DNA of 64,000 nucleotides from Lingula anatina (GCA_051362555.1 CM120647.1:5642001-5706000); one strand, 5' to 3'. Shown: positions 1 to 14,955, numbered from the stretch's first letter. Notes: generated by a model from the sequence alone, not told the origin. A program made the numbers and translations.

Positions 1-559
1 GACCTTTCATAAGAAAATAATGACATGATGTGTTTTAATTGAAAGGATTTTATCATTTATAAAATCTGGACTGGCAAGATTAATACAGACTTGACATTTA
101 ATATGGAATATTTTTTTCCAAATCATTTTTCATCAGTTTTTTCCTATTTTGCTGACTGATAAATGAAAATAAGGCTTAAAATTGGGTTTTAATAACTTTT
201 AATTATCCTTTTGATGTCATTGTGTCTTCAGTTAATTAATGGAATTCGCCAGAGAAGCAAACAAAAACACATTGCCTATTCTATGTCATACGACAACAAT
301 TAAAAGAGATATTTTGGATCTCCATATTTTCCAAATTATTTTCTGTAAAAGAGTTACACGCCTCACAAAGAACCCCCATGTCAGTGTCTAGTCACAGTAA
401 CGGTCGCTGTTACGCTTGACCTCTTCTGTCTGCTACCAGCGCTCTCAAGGGGCAAGGCATTCCTTGGGTTAGGTTTTTAGAGTTAAATCTGGAATAACAT
501 TCCAGGCATCGGTCAAAATCTGTCCTATTTGGTCCAGTTTTGTTGTAGGACATGTAGGT

Positions 560-1360
560 CATTGATTCGGCGAGTAATGGCCTACCCACATATTGTCTAT
601 GTGGTTCAAATGTGGCGATTTTGATTACCAAGGTAGCTGCTGATTTCCTTGGTTCTGTAAGTAATCTGCTTTTAAAAGTGCTCTGTGTGTACCGGCAATT
701 TCACCGTGCAACCTAAAATTGTTCCTAAGGTGCCCCCTGTCAAATGATAGTCAAGTGGTTCCCAGATTATTCCTTTATTTGATCTGGTTCAGGTTTTCGT
801 GGATGACCACCATTGGTGTTTTGGCACCAATGTGGTATCCGCTCCAATTACCGACGCTGTTAATGAACTAAGTCACTTTAAACGCGGCACACGCTTAGTT
901 GTTGGCCTCTTCTGGATGTCTGTAAATTCTGTTTTGACAAGTTGAGCGGTACAGGTGAAAACTGACCTCAATAAAGAAAGCCACGAGTTTTCAGTGTTCA
1001 ACTCAGAAACAGTCAAGGTCCCCAATTCATTAGAGAAACATACAGCGATGTTTTGCTGTTTACAGTGGGTTCCCCCGAGGTCGTCTGGTATTCTAACCAG
1101 CTAAAACCAGTTTGGTGTTCGCTAAGGGCCTTGAAAAATGCGTTTTGGTGGCAATTTACCCCTCATTCTGAACGGACTGGGTGTTTTTTGTTTAGTTGCA
1201 ACAACATATCCCGACAGACAGTACGTCCTGTACCCTGGTGGTAAGATTTCAATACATTGGGTGTGGTCTCTGTGTAGGTGCATCAGTCTGGACATTACTC
1301 TATAAAACTGTGCGGACCGTTTCGTTTGGCGCAATTATCTGTCTGGCAATACCTGGCTTT
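560..1360 (+). mobile_element. Highly degenerate non-LTR retrotransposon (L1/Tx1-like) remnant: ORF1 zinc knuckle and APE endonuclease traces
   Basis: Frameshifted + strand pieces read FKCGDFD..VAAD (CCHC-like, ~600-650) and LVAIYP...FFV*LQQHIP...LV(G)DFN (~1145-1255), resembling the 'IYAP...FF..L.....GDFN' endonuclease motif. Many stops. Confidence 0.4.
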
Positions 1361-2808
1361 TTCGAGCCATTCTGCCACAGATTAACAAATTTGCGGAGCA
1401 GTGCATAGCTCATTTTACACCTTGCAAAACTGACCACTTGCATGCCAAATTTCAAATTCTTCTATGCAGTAGTTACCGACATATGGATACTTTTTTGGAA
1501 GAACCATGCTTTGCCAAAGCCAAGCTTTGACCTGCCCAAAGGAGCACTACCCAATTAAATCACTGCATATTACATAATGCAGCAGCGCAACAAACCTGGA
1601 ATTCAGTGAATTGGAAGTGACACACCTGACTACACACTTCTCCATTCACATATCTTATATGAGATCTGAGTTTTTTGAAAAAAGGATGCATTTTTACCTA
1701 GGCATACATTCGAAACTGAAATATTCCATATTAAATGTCAAGTCTGTAGCTTTGCAGGATAGTTTTAAATATTTAAATATACAGACATAACTATATAACT
1801 TTAAAAGATATCAAAGGCAAGCGCCTTCCCTAATGCATTGCCTTACTTATTGCTCGTTACAGTCTTTTCTTCATGACTGGGTTGAGATCAAAAACTTACA
1901 GGATTATTTTAAGGGGGGGTCCGCGGATGCGAAGCCGACCATCCCCCCCCCCCCCCCCCCCCCCCCCCCACCGGTTGGCGTGGGGTTCGTGGCCCGCTGA
2001 AGGGCCCCGAAAATTATTGGTATTTAGAGGGCGAATGGTGCCATTTGGTACTGTTTAGTACTTTAAATCAGCTAGTCAAAATTCTAATTCCAGGAGGGGA
2101 ATATCAGTGTGATTTTTTTTCAGAAACCGAAGGAGGGGGGTTAGGACCCCCCCACACACACACACCTCCCCCTCTAAACCCGCCACTAGAGAGAGAGAAC
2201 TGAATGAGGGAGAGAGGATAAAGGAGAGAGCTTTTTCACAAGTAAAATATCATTCCCCCATTTTCAAATTACATCTGTCAGTGAATGTGAGATACAAACA
2301 TCATCATTTATCCCTGATACATACACTTAAAAGAGAGCTGTCGATTACTTCATTTACGAGTAAAATTGAGCATGCACAAGACGTCACACCATACCACTTT
2401 TTCACAGCCTCTCTTCCCGTGCAATGTTGCGATGAAAAAACCACGGAAAAAAAACATGATAAATCGCAGCATTTACGCATTTCAGAACTGGCATGCAGGC
2501 AACTCAGACTGAACCCATTTCTATTTCGAGACTGGTTTTGTCCGCTTCTTATATAATTTATCGAATTATAGAGTCTAGATTTCTCCATTCCATTATATAG
2601 CCGTCCGCGGCCATCAAATTATGATATCAGCATGTAGGTTTATGGTGACCACCGAGTCAAGCAATTTGTCATTTGATATTGAAATGTCGACATTTCATTT
2701 GACCATGATGTTTTTTCACCTCGAAATGCTGGATTCCTTTTTTTTTTTCAATTTTTAGACCTCAATAATCCCGTTAACTTCAACTTTCCCAAGTCAAGGT
2801 CATTGTAT

Positions 2809-2843
<35 letters not shown>

Positions 2844-4726
2844 TCATTTTTGTGCACTTCACTGACTCGAGTTGAATCACTTCTTAAACACTCGCTATAA
2901 ATTAACACTCACATTTATCGTATCACTGCCCATAGCTATTCATCTACAACCAAAGGGAAGACAGGAAACAATGCCACTCATTGCACCTGTAAATCTGTGT
3001 ATAATTCACCTTGTGAGTCAACGGAGCTTTGGCAAAAATGCCACACGGTATTCTTCCTCCCCCCCTCCCCCTCCCCATTCGCACTAGTCCTTGACCCCTG
3101 ATGAAGAAATAAGTATTATACCGTGGTCCACATCTTAGAACAATTACGATATCAAATGTATCTCTGACTGACCATGATTGCCTTGTTTGTCGGGCATACG
3201 CGAATTATCGCCTTCTCAGCTTTCGAAATAATGGATGCATCTTTTCATATCGTATTTTTCTATCATACTTAATTGAACATTAGAATGTTTTACAGATGCT
3301 TTTAACAAGTTTTCTACGCAAGTAATTCTGCAAAGTTATATACAGACGACAAATATACAACTTAATTAACAAAACATTACGATTAACAAGTTGTAGCATA
3401 TCTACATATTTGCCTATAGCGCATATTGATGATGCGGTGGCTTGAAAAAATCAACAGTGTGGCTATTGCAAGCGACGGGTATTTCGCTTCTTTTAAGAAG
3501 TAGAAATAAACTATCAAGTATAAAGAATTTTAAAGCTTTCAGACTTGTTTCATTTTGTCCACTGAGAAGTCTATTTCGACTGAAAATCCCAGAAAGAACA
3601 CCTTTTCCCTTTAATTCACTCATGCTTGAAGGCATTTCAATCAAGTCATGTGCTCAAGCGTATCGCATCAGTGTCAAAAACAGCCATTTTGACCACTATG
3701 TTTTCCTGTACAAAAGGATTTGTCTACACCACGTGCACGTGCTTGAAACTGAGGATTTTCATATGTTCTAATATACGGAAAGGTGTGAAGGGAACGGCTA
3801 GAAAAGTCGTTCTAAGTTTGAAAAATGGGTGGGGGCCGCACTAACCCCTCCTGTGAATTCACTGATAAAGGGCCGCAAGAGGACAGATGTTCAAGAGATA
3901 TCGAAAAAAAAAAGTTGCTCTTAACTTAAAGGTCAAGAAATGGTAGTCTGCTTAAATTCAGGGCAATTCCGCAATAGTCCAATGATATTAAATTTTCAGT
4001 AGTCTAAATATTAGTCACTAGCTGTTTTCATGAAATCGAAAATTTTATTAATGGCCATCGATGTGCATGAGATTTTATCCAGAAAAATATTTATTTGATA
4101 CCATTGAATGAAATAGGGATTCCATTGGGCTTTTTGTTTTAAACCCTGGGGCTCAATGGCATGAGCGCACGCATACACACTATGCAACTTTCACACACCT
4201 GAAACTATCACCCTTAAACCGGAACGCGGAATGAAATAAGAAACACAAAATATACTGTGATGCTATTTATTGATTGGTATAAAATTATGTGTTTACATTT
4301 CATATATCATTTGATAAGAAAAGAAAGAGCGCGAATTTTAGCTACACTGGTACCTGAATTACAGTTTAGCATCACTTCGTACATTAGAAAATTAGCATTA
4401 TATATTACATCGAAAGAATGGCGTTGTTTGAAGTTACTAGTAAGTAAGTTTTAATAAAATATCACTAATCAATTTATATTAGTATAAATTACGATCTAAA
4501 AATATATCGAAAAGTTTTGTTGGTAATAACCAACGCTTTAACAAGTTCTGTAACGGATGCGGTCTGTCTTGAGTCTGACGTCATATTGTCGAACATTGGT
4601 GGACACACTCCAAAAAGTAACCTCTTTCCTGTTTTTTTTTCTGTTTAAAAGGGGGGAAATCATCTTTTTTATGAAGGGACATGAAACATCAATCGTCCGT
4701 TGCCTATGATGAAGACAACAAACTAA

Positions 4727-4951
4727 GGGTGCATTCCCAGAGATTTAGATCGATCCAGACATTTAGATTTAGATCGACCTAATTCCCTTGGGGTTCACGT
4801 TAAGTTGCAGTCAGCCGAGCGCGTACCTTAGTTAATTACCCCCTTACAGCTTTTAGTAGGCGGGACAGACGCTTAAGCCGGCTAAGCTGACAGTAATCTA
4901 GTGAGACTCCCCACAGGGATAGATCGATCTAAAATCTATGGGAATGGGGTC
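4727..4951. mobile_element. MITE family 1 (PIF/Harbinger-like), copy 1
   Basis: Imperfect TIRs GGGTGCATTCCCAGAGATTTAGATCGATC / GATCGATCTAAAATCTATGGGAATGGGGTC flanked by TAA on both sides. Inverted copies at 15889-16114 and 10398-10578. Confidence 0.8.
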
Positions 4952-5705
4952 TAAGAAGCACATGCAGTTCAAATTCTTTGCGGATAGATGATAACTCATT
5001 TAGGCCTACATGCAAAACGAATCCTCGAGTGAAAGAATGGCAGTTTCAAATGTTTCTTTAACTGATTAAAAAAGGAACTGGCAGGTTGAAAGAAACTCGG
5101 TATATGGGTCATCCGCCAATCAAGTAACTTAATAGTCAATCTCCAGCACGAGTAGGGCCAATCCATATGAAGTTTGTTCTCAGGTTCAAGAGAAAACATG
5201 ATGGTAGAATTGAGTGTGTCCCGACAATACGACTGAAAGATAAAAAAAAATTAAAAAAAAAAAATTAAAGAAATGAACCCACTTACAGAAAAAAAAGTGC
5301 ATTAATTTGAACATGTCATGTGCACAAACATCAAAACGAGTAAGGAAATATATTTAGAAACAAAATGTAATCCAAATGTAACTTTCTCAGAAGTGATGTT
5401 TTCTTTGTGATTCAGCATAAAACTGACTTTCTGATAATTCCTGTACAACAATTACGAATTTTGTCTGAACAGAATTATAATTATGCATGATTATTAAGTG
5501 TGCTGTATTTAAATGACATTAATGAATTTCTGAGGCTATATTCACACCTTAGTTCTCTCTCCTTTGAAGATCCTGAAGTCTTTTGAGTAGTTTAATATTG
5601 GAGTCTTCAGCTAAAAGCGAAGTCATACAAAGCTACAGTATAATCATCACATAAGGACAGGCAGATAGAAAACATACAGCTTATTAAAACAGACAACATA
5701 TGGCG

Positions 5706-5843
5706 CAGGCCCGCCCGTAGACAGCAATTCAAAAAAGGGGATGGGTCTTTTCCAAAAAAGTGGACATTTTACAATGAAACTTTTGTGTACCTAGATAAAA
5801 TTTTGTCCAGAATGGACCTTTTGCTGACAAAAGGGCGGTTCTT
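5706..5843 (+). mobile_element. Truncated copy of the CAGGCCCGTAG MITE
   Basis: Aligns by eye with the first ~135 bp of the complete element at 31989-32158 and stops where the satellite begins. Confidence 0.7.
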
Positions 5844-8800
5844 TGCTTTAGTGGAGATCTGCATGTACGAGTGCAAGACTATGAGTAGTAATTCATCACG
5901 TGTGTACATGTATGTGTGCGTGTTACCTCTGAAACCACGTTTATCGTCGTTGAACCCCTGAACTTTAAATCCTGAAATAAAGCAAGAATATCAGTTGGAT
6001 ATGCTTCCTGGAATCAAGATTCCTGTTAGAAGAGAATGTTTGATCAACTACACGTATCACCATGTACCGAGAATGAGTAGCTGATACGTTGATCATCGGG
6101 GATGTACATGTATGTGTGCGTGTTACCTCTGTAATCACGTTAATCGTTGTCGGAAATTGTGCAAGGATATAATTGAATGCATTCCTAATTGATTCAATAT
6201 TTGTGTAAGAAGATAATCTTTGACCAACCATATATACCTATCGGAATTTATGTCTACATGTAAATGTTTGCGTTGCAGTTGGGCATGCGTGTATATTACC
6301 TCCTCGCTTCATCTCATCGTCTACGTCACTGTCACGCCACACTTTTTCAACTGAAATCGAACAAGAATATATTTGACTGTATTCTTCATCGGATCATTAT
6401 TTGTGAAAGAAGCAACTGTTTTTTTTAATCCAACGTTAGAGGATGGATGGGTGTATATTTTTTACCTATAATTGGGCATGCGTGTATTGCTAGCTACAGC
6501 TCAAAATCTTTTATATGTCTTTCTACAATAATTACGGATCACTTTAATATTTTGCTTTAGTGGACATCTGTATGTGCGCGTGCAAGACTATGAGTAGTTA
6601 TTCATTACGTGTGTACATGTATGTGTGCGTGTTACCTCTGTAACCACGTATATCGTCGTTAACATCCTGGATATGATACCCTGAAATAAAACAAGAATAT
6701 CAGTTGGATATGCTTCCCGGAATCAAGATTAGAAGACAATGTTTGATCAACTATACGTTTCACCATGTACCGAGAATGAGTAGTTGATCATTGGGGATGT
6801 ACATGTATGTGTGCGTGTTACCTCTGTAATGCCGTTAATCGTTGTCAGAAATTGTGCAAGGATATAATTGAATGCATTCATAATTGAGTCAATATCTGTG
6901 TAAGAAGATAATCTTTGACCAACCATATATACCTATAAACATTTATGTCTACATGTAAATGTTTGCGTTGCAATTGGGCAAGCGTGTATGATACCTCCTC
7001 GCTTTATCTCATCGTCTACGTCACTGTCAAGCCACACTTTTTCAACTGAAATCGAACAAGAATATATTTTGACTGTATTTTTCATCGGATCATTATTTAT
7101 GAAAGAAGCAACTGTTTTATTAATCCAACGTTAAAGCATATGGGTGGGTGTATATTTTTAATTTATAATTGGGCATTCGTGTATTGCTAAATTCAAGCTC
7201 ATCATCTTTCATATGTCTTTCTACAATAATTACGGATCACTTTAATATTTTGCTTTAGTGGACATCTGTATGTACGCGTGCAAGACTATGACTAAGACTA
7301 TGAGTGGTTTTTCATCACGTGTGTACATGTATGTGTGTGTGTTACCTCTGTAACCACGTTTATCATCGTTTAGTCCCTGGACTTTATATCCTGAAATAAA
7401 ACAAGAATATCAGTTGGATATGCTTCCTGGAATCAAGATACCTGTGAGAAGAGAATGTTTGATAAACTACACGTATCACCATGTACCGAGAATGAGTAGT
7501 TGATCATTGGGGATGTACATGTATGTGTGCGTGTTACCTCTGTTATCACGTTCATCGTTGTCAGAAATCGTGCAGAGATATAATTGACTGCATTCATAAT
7601 TGAGTCAATATCTTTGTAGGAAGATAATCTTTGACCAACCATATATACCTATAGGCATTTATGTCTACATGTAAATGTTTGCGCTGCAGTTGGGCATGCG
7701 TGTTGGTTACCTCCTCGTTTCATCTTATCGTCTACGTCAATGTCACGCCACACTTTTTCAACTGAAATCGAACAAGAATATATTTGACTGTATTCTTCAT
7801 CGGATCATTATTTGTGAAAGAAGCAACTGTTTTTTTTTTAATCCAACGTTAGAAGATGGATGGGTGTATATTTTTTACCTATAATTGGGCATGCGTGTAT
7901 TGCTAGCTACAGCTCAATATCTTTCATATGTCTTTCTACAATAATTACGGTTTACTTTAATATTTTGCTTTAGTGGACATCTGTATGTGCACGTGCAAGA
8001 CTATGAGTAGTTATTCATCACGTGTGTACATGTATGTGTGCGTGTTACCTCTGTAACCACGTTTATCGTCGTTAAGATCCTGGATATGATACCCTGAAAC
8101 AAAACAAGATTTCAGTTGGATATGCTTCCTGGAATCAAGATCCCTGTGAGAAGAGAATGCTTGATCAACTACACGTATCACCATGTACCGAGAATAAGTA
8201 GCTGATACGTTGATCATCGGGGATGTACATGTATGTGTGCGTGTTACATCTGTAATCACGTTAATCGTTGTCAGAAATTGTGCCAGGATATAATTGAATG
8301 CATTCATAATTGAGTCAATATTTGTGTAGGAAGATAATCTTTGACCAACCATATATACCTATCGGCATTTATGTCTACATGTAAATGTTGGGCATGCGTG
8401 TATATTACCTCTTCGCTTTATCTCATTGTCTACGTTACTGTCACGCCACGCTGTTTCATCAGAAATCGAACAAGAAGATATTTGACTGTATTCTTTAGCG
8501 GATCATTATTTGTGAAAGAGGCAACTGCTTTATTAATCCAACGTTATAGGATGAGTGGGTGCATATTTTTTACTTATAACTGGGCATGCGTGTATTGCTA
8601 ACTTTAAGCTCATCATCTTTCATATGGCTTTCTACAATAATTACGGATCACTTTATTATTTTGCTTTAGTGGACATCTGTATGTGCGCGAGAAAGACTAT
8701 GAGTGGTTACTCTTCGCGTTTGAAAATGTACGTGTGCGTGTTACCTCTGTAACCACGTTTATCGTCGTTAACATCCTGGATATGATACCCTGAAATAAAA

Positions 8801-10235
8801 CAAGAATATCAGTTGGATATGCTTCCTGGAATCAAGATCCCTGTGAGAAGAGAATGTTTGATCAACTACACGTATTACCATGTACCGAGAATGAGTAGTT
8901 GATCATTGGGGATGTAAATGTATGTGTGCGTGTTACCTCTGTAATCACGTTCATCGTTGTCAGAAATCGTGCAGAGATATAATTGACTGCATTCATAATT
9001 GAGTCAATATCTGTGTAGTAAGATAATCTTTGACCAACCATATATACCTATAGGCATTTATGTCTACATGTAAATGTTTGCGTTGCAGTTGGGCATGCGT
9101 GTAGGTTACCTCCTCGTTTCATCTCATCGTCTACGTCACTGTCACGCCACGCTGTTTCATCTGAAATTGAACAAGAATATATTTGACTGTATTCTTCATC
9201 GGATCATTATTTGTGAAAGAAGCAACTGTTTTTTTTTTTTTTTAATCCAACGTAAGAGGATGGATGGGTGTATATTTTTTACCTATAATTGGGCATTCGT
9301 GTATTGCTAGCTACAGCTCAATATCTTTTATATGTCTTTCTGCAATAATTACGGATCACTTTAATATTTTGCTTTAGTGGACATCTGTATGTACGCGTGC
9401 AAGACTATGAGTAGTAATTCATCACGTGTGTACATGTATGTGTGCGTGTTACCTCTGTAACCACGTTTATCATCGTTAAGTCCCTGGACTTTATATCCTG
9501 AAATAAAACAAGAATATCAGTTGGATATGCTTCCTGGAATCAAGAGATCCCTGTGAGAAGAGAATGTTTGATCAACTACACGTATCACCATGTACCGAGA
9601 ATGAGTAGCTGATACGTTGATCATCGGGGATGAACATGTATGTGTGCGTGGATATAATTGAATGCATTCCTAATTGAGTCAATATTTGTGTAGGAAGATA
9701 ATTTTTGACCAACCATATATACCTATCGGCATTTATGTCTACGTGTATATGTTTGCGTTGCAATTGGGCATGCGTGTACATTACCTCCTCGTTTCATCTC
9801 AACGTCTACATCACTGTCAGACACCCGTTGAAATCCTGAAATTTAACAAGAATATAATTTAGTGTATTCTTCATCAAATAAGGGTCATGCACCCGATAAA
9901 TTCTGTATCCTGATATGGAATAAGAATATTATTTAGCGAATTAATAAGCGAGTCAATATTTGCTCAAGAAGAGAATGTTTCGTCAACTACAATGCACGTG
10001 TGCACGTGTCCGCAAGTATGTCTATGCACATGTTTGCGTTGCGCGTTGCGCGTTTCATCTCATCGTCTACATCAGTGTCAGACACCTGTTGAATTTTGTA
10101 TCCTGAAATTCAAGAAGAATATATTTTAGTGTATTTTTCATCAAATTAATGTGTATGCCTGAGAAGTGCACGCTTGATCAACTACACACATAAACAGCAT
10201 GTGCAGCATGTGGGCATGCGTGTATTTTACCTCCT
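5841..10235. repeat. Tandem satellite, ~705-bp unit, about 6 copies plus degenerate tail
   Basis: Anchor TTTGCTTTAGTGGACATCTG recurs at ~5842, 6551, 7248, 7963, 8660 and 9368. The ORF track repeats the same spurious peptides (MVGQRLSS..., MFALQLGM...). Confidence 0.95.
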
Positions 10236-10397
10236 TGATGGAGGTTATGATTAACATGAACTAATAACTATGCAGTGAGTCCCCCATGATAAAAAGTTCG
10301 ATTCCGTTTCATTTGTACAGGTATTCTTAGCCCTATATTGTGACTTACTGAGATCAGGCTTACCCTAACCATTATAACTAAATGGAGGGTGGACTAA

Positions 10398-10578
10398 GAC
10401 CCCATTCCCACATATTTTAGATCGAGCTATCCCTTTGGGGAGTCTAACTAGATTACTGTCAGATTAGCCGGCTTAAGCGTCTGTCCCGCCTACTAAAAGC
10501 TGTAAGGGGGTAATTAACTCTGGTGCGCGCTCGGCCGACTGCAATTTAGCGCGAACCCCCAGAGTTAGGTCGATCTAG
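10398..10578. mobile_element. MITE family 1, truncated copy nested in another dispersed repeat
   Basis: GACCCCATTCCCA...GTCTGTCCCGCCTACTAAAAGCTGTAAGGGG matches the reverse complement of 4727-4951. Flanks match the repeat at 14500-14600 and 19696-19795. Confidence 0.75.
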
Positions 10579-11579
10579 TTTGGAGTTTCGTTACACTGGA
10601 CCTTTAGTACATTGTGGTAGTTGAGAGAGCATCAATTGTACAACGCCCTAATAACTCCTTTCTTAATGTTTGGGCCACAGGCATTGGTTTTTATCTTGCA
10701 TTGGTGACGATGAAAATTCCTGGATCCTGTTGGTGATTCGGATTACCCGCCGAAATCTAATCTCTTTTAAGCTCATCCATTTCTGACCTATCCTACAAGT
10801 TTCATCAAACTACATCAAAATGTTTTAAGCTGGCGATGAACGGACAAACAAAAGGATGTGAAAACATATATAAACTCCTTGGCGGAGGCAACAAACATTC
10901 GGTTAACACTGCCAGGCTTTGTCTGTGCCAGTTACGCCATTTTGTTAAGTTTGAAAAAAAAAACGCTTATACCCCCCACCCAACCCTATCCCCCGAGACG
11001 GTTTGGCTTCACAGCCTCCGTAGACTCTACGGTTTAAGCCCATATTACATCCGTCAAGGGCGCCGTGCTATGAAAAAGAAGACGATTTTCCGTATGATCT
11101 TTTTGATATCTCAAGTACCTACGAACTACGGCGGGTATACGGATACAACACCATTTCGTTGGCTTGATTTTGATGTCACGAAACGAAAAATCAAAGGGTT
11201 TCCGGTTGAAAAGTGTTCAGTGCGGTCGCCGCATGCCTCCGTGTGGATTCCTTGAAGGTGTAGCCTTCTACGAAATTTTCACGCAAGCGGTCAGAACAAA
11301 GAAAACGCATTTCAAATTCATGTACATGAAGTACACTTAGTTTAAAACATCTATACTATTTTTATGCCTCCTAAAACCACCAGAGATGGAAGAAAAAGAG
11401 ACCACCATCAGGTTCAACTATTATCACCATCATCGCAAGTTCACCGAACATGTTCACTGTACGGGAACTGTGCATTTGCTACGTCAAACGGGTTTAATAT
11501 TTTAGACATATTTCAAATGTTTTAGCGTGAATCCGTGCGATTTCGTACGATTTTGCGAGGCCACCGACTGCCTCTGCAC

Positions 11580-11985
11580 AATACAATACAATAAATTTTA
11601 TTTCATGTCGGTTATAAATTGAATGGAAACATTAGCTTTACAGCTATTCTCCGACTGTGTAAGGACAAAAACATATCTACAATAATGCAATATTACACAT
11701 GAAGTCTAGTAAGAGAGAGAAAAAAAAATCTACAAAGAGTAAACAAAAACACGAAATCTATTAAGATAACAAATTAGAAAAAAGAGAAAAAAGTTTTTTA
11801 TGGGAAATGTGCAGAATGCTAGCTATACCTAAATCAACTGTGAAAAACAGACAATACTACATACAATGCTCAATGATACAGTTATATAAAACAATGTAAA
11901 CATGACGTATTATTACACATTTTCACTAAAAGCATATAGGTTACACAGGCTACATCTGCATTTGGGTCCTTCCCAAAGCCTTAAA
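11580..11985 (-). mobile_element. 3' end of a CR1/L2-group LINE (5'-truncated)
   Basis: Minus strand reads LRLWEGPKCRCSLC, a W.G..C.C..C LINE ORF2 C-terminus, then an AT-rich 3' UTR with AATAAA and a short (ATTGT)n tail. Confidence 0.5.
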
Positions 11986-14499
11986 AGTGATTTGGGGCGG
12001 GGGAACAGTTGCCGAGCATCGGGCAGTTTACGAGCATCGTGCAGCAACTCACAGTAAATGTAATTTAGGTATTAGTCAATCCGAAACGTTGACAATTTTA
12101 AAGCTATATATTTCAACCCTCGTGTTCTATTTCAAAGCGCGAGTCGATCATGAAATAAATCCCGCGAGTTGAAACAGAACGCTCGAGTGGGCTTATACAT
12201 AATGCCAACTGACCGATGACAAGAACGGCGTATCAAATTAAACTTTATAAGATCCAAACAATATTTTATAAATATTAAATTATTTGGTGATTAATTGAGG
12301 AATATGTTTAAACAGATTTCAAAACTTGAATAATGCGAATGGTTAAACGACAGGCTGATAACCTAACAAAGTAATTGACTGTCCAACGATACTAATAAAA
12401 GTCCGAAACTTACCTCTCGCTTCTACAGACGTGGCGGGGGAACAGTTGCCTGAAATTAAACATATATTTCATTTTTATTTATAAGATAACTGTTTTGATG
12501 TGTTTAATTTCTTTTTAGTTCTTTTTTCATTTTCAGTTAAGCCAAAGACTTCGCCTAGAAGTAAAAAATGACTTTAAAAAAGTCTTTCCCTTTTGCGCTC
12601 TTTTTTCAGACCCTCCAGCCGGGGGCTTTTGAGAATTATAAATTGTTATTATTTTTTCTTTCATTCCATCCCTCTCTCTCTCTCTATCTCTCTCTTTCTC
12701 TCTCTCATAAGTCCCTTACCTGAATCGACAAGTATCCCCAAGACAACAGCTCCGCAAGCTAAAGCGACAAGAAAATGCAGGTCTTTCATACTTGGCTTCA
12801 ACCACTCAGCTTGCTAACTCAGTGGAATCACGATGTGAGCACAGTGGAGTAACGACGTTTCACCACCCAGGCTTTATACCTCGGCCAGACACGCCTTGTA
12901 TCATTAGCTCGGGCACCGACTCGTTTTAGATTTTACGTGGGGGGGGGGGGGGGGTGGAGGAGGTTGGCTACACAGTTTTCGCGACAGTTTGATCAAAATT
13001 ACTCATGCAGCAGAAACACAACGGCTGGCTAGTACATGAAAAGGAATTGAAATTTTAATTCTCAATTCACTTCCTTTCTTTTTTCTTTCATTCATTCATT
13101 CATTCATTCATGATTTATTTACTTACTTATTTATTTATTTATTTATTTTAGGGAGTGTCCACCCTGCCCTCCCCCCTAGCCCCGTCATTGACAATTGCAC
13201 TATTTACATTCATATGTAATTCCCGCATAAATTTACTTTCGTGCTCTACCATTGGTCAGCCAAGTGATGACGTCAAAGGACTCGGGCTGCACAGAAAGTG
13301 GAGAAAATGTCAAAGCTTAAGATAAACCAGAGGAATATTTGTGGCAATTTAATGCAAAGAAAGGTCACTGTGATCTGTGTAGAGGGTAATTATTCCGTGT
13401 GTTTTCTAAATGAATAAAATATGTTCAACGCAATGTTTGACCGGAAGCTGTAGATTGATATGTTTTATATAATCTGAATTGTAAGCAGAAGCACAAAAAA
13501 AAAAAAACTTTTTTCACAATGTCAGCAAGTCAAGCGGTCAAAACTGAATTCTAGAGATAAACATAGCTAGTAATATTTGTTTGGCCTAAAATCTGTAACT
13601 GATCTGAAATCCAACTTAGTACATTTTCCTCCCAAGCTTACCGTACCGACAGTCACACAGAATATGTTCCACAGCTTGGGTGCTCCCGCATGTGCACCTT
13701 CAATTTTCATACAGGGCCCTTGACTAGCGACTTTTTTCCAACATAAGCGTCAGGGGCGGATCCAGAATTTTTGTCGGTAAAAAATCAATGACAAGCGTGC
13801 ACCACTGCGCCAGTCATAATGCACTGATCACTTGTTTCAGTTTCTCCTTCGGATTGGGATGAATTCTAACATTTGAGGAAAACATTTAAAGGGTTTTGCA
13901 TGTTTATATTCATCGACATGTATACTACTCCCCCCCCCCCCCCCCCCCCCATTCGGCAATCAACAAGTGAAACACTTGTGTAACGATCTTGAATAGGATT
14001 TAAATATAATATGCATGCAAAAGGATATGAAAGATTGAAAAAGAAGAAACGGGAAGGGCCAATTACGAGCCTTATCCAAGGTTACTATAAAAGATAAATA
14101 TTATGATATCATTGTAATTGACCTACCGAAGAAATATATCTGTATTTTGGGTCTTTGCTAAATTTTTTTTTTCATAACAAGTGGAAATAAAACCTCGGTT
14201 TCTATTCCTTAACTTACATAACTTGGTCGACTGATTCAGTGAATCTGAAATACAAACAGCGCTTACCCCTCGCATGTTCAAAAAGATGCCATTTACGCGT
14301 AAAATTGAGCATGGACAATTCGCAAAATAGCCCATTATTTGAGAAAGGAACAATCTTGTCTCAAGGCATCCATTTCCATGCTTTGTTCCCGGTCGATGCT
14401 ATGGACATTGATATCATGATTGATACGAAATGACAAATGAATTGTCTTGTAGTTGTAGGCAAATCGGATTGAACTCCCCCCCCCCCCCCCCCAATGCAT

Positions 14500-14600
14500 G
14501 ACCGTTGTAACGAAACTGAGGGTCGGTGTAACAGAAAGTCCGCCCTTCATTTAGTTTTAATGGTTAGGGTTAGCCTGACGTAGGTGGGTCAAAATCTAGG
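14500..14600. repeat. Dispersed repeat containing GGTTAGGGTTAG
   Basis: Reverse-complement copy at 19696-19795 and an interrupted copy at ~10345-10600. Confidence 0.7.
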
Positions 14601-14707
14601 ACGAGGCTTACCCGTAAAAAATGAATGGGAAGCGGACTGTCTGTCATGGGAGACCCTCTGTCACGTTACACCTGGACTCTTTGTTTCATCCATAGTGCCT
14701 TGAATTA

Positions 14708-14955
14708 TATAGCCATTTTCCCATGGATACAAACGGTTTACGTAAACCGATCCAACCATGCGGAGACTCTCGCTGAGTGCAACCAGCTTCATTGAATGGC
14801 ACGCGTTTTCCTGGCGTTCAGTAGAATACATAAAAGTTGATTTAACAAGTACGTTGGCAACAAGAGGAGATGCGACATTCAATTAAGCTGATTGCACTCA
14901 GCAAGTGTCACCGCAGAGTTGGATCGGTCTATGTTTCTATGGGAACTGGGCTATA
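14708..14955. mobile_element. Palindromic MITE
   Basis: Ends TATAGCCATTTTCCCAT / ATGGGAACTGGGCTATA. Internal arms GCTGAGTGCAACCAGCTTCATTGAATG / CATTCAATTAAGCTGATTGCACTCAGC. Confidence 0.75.

Noticed and set aside
5965-9862. Repeated ORFs (MVGQRLSS..., MFALQLGM...)
   Set aside because: These are by-products of the satellite, and indels and stops differ between units.
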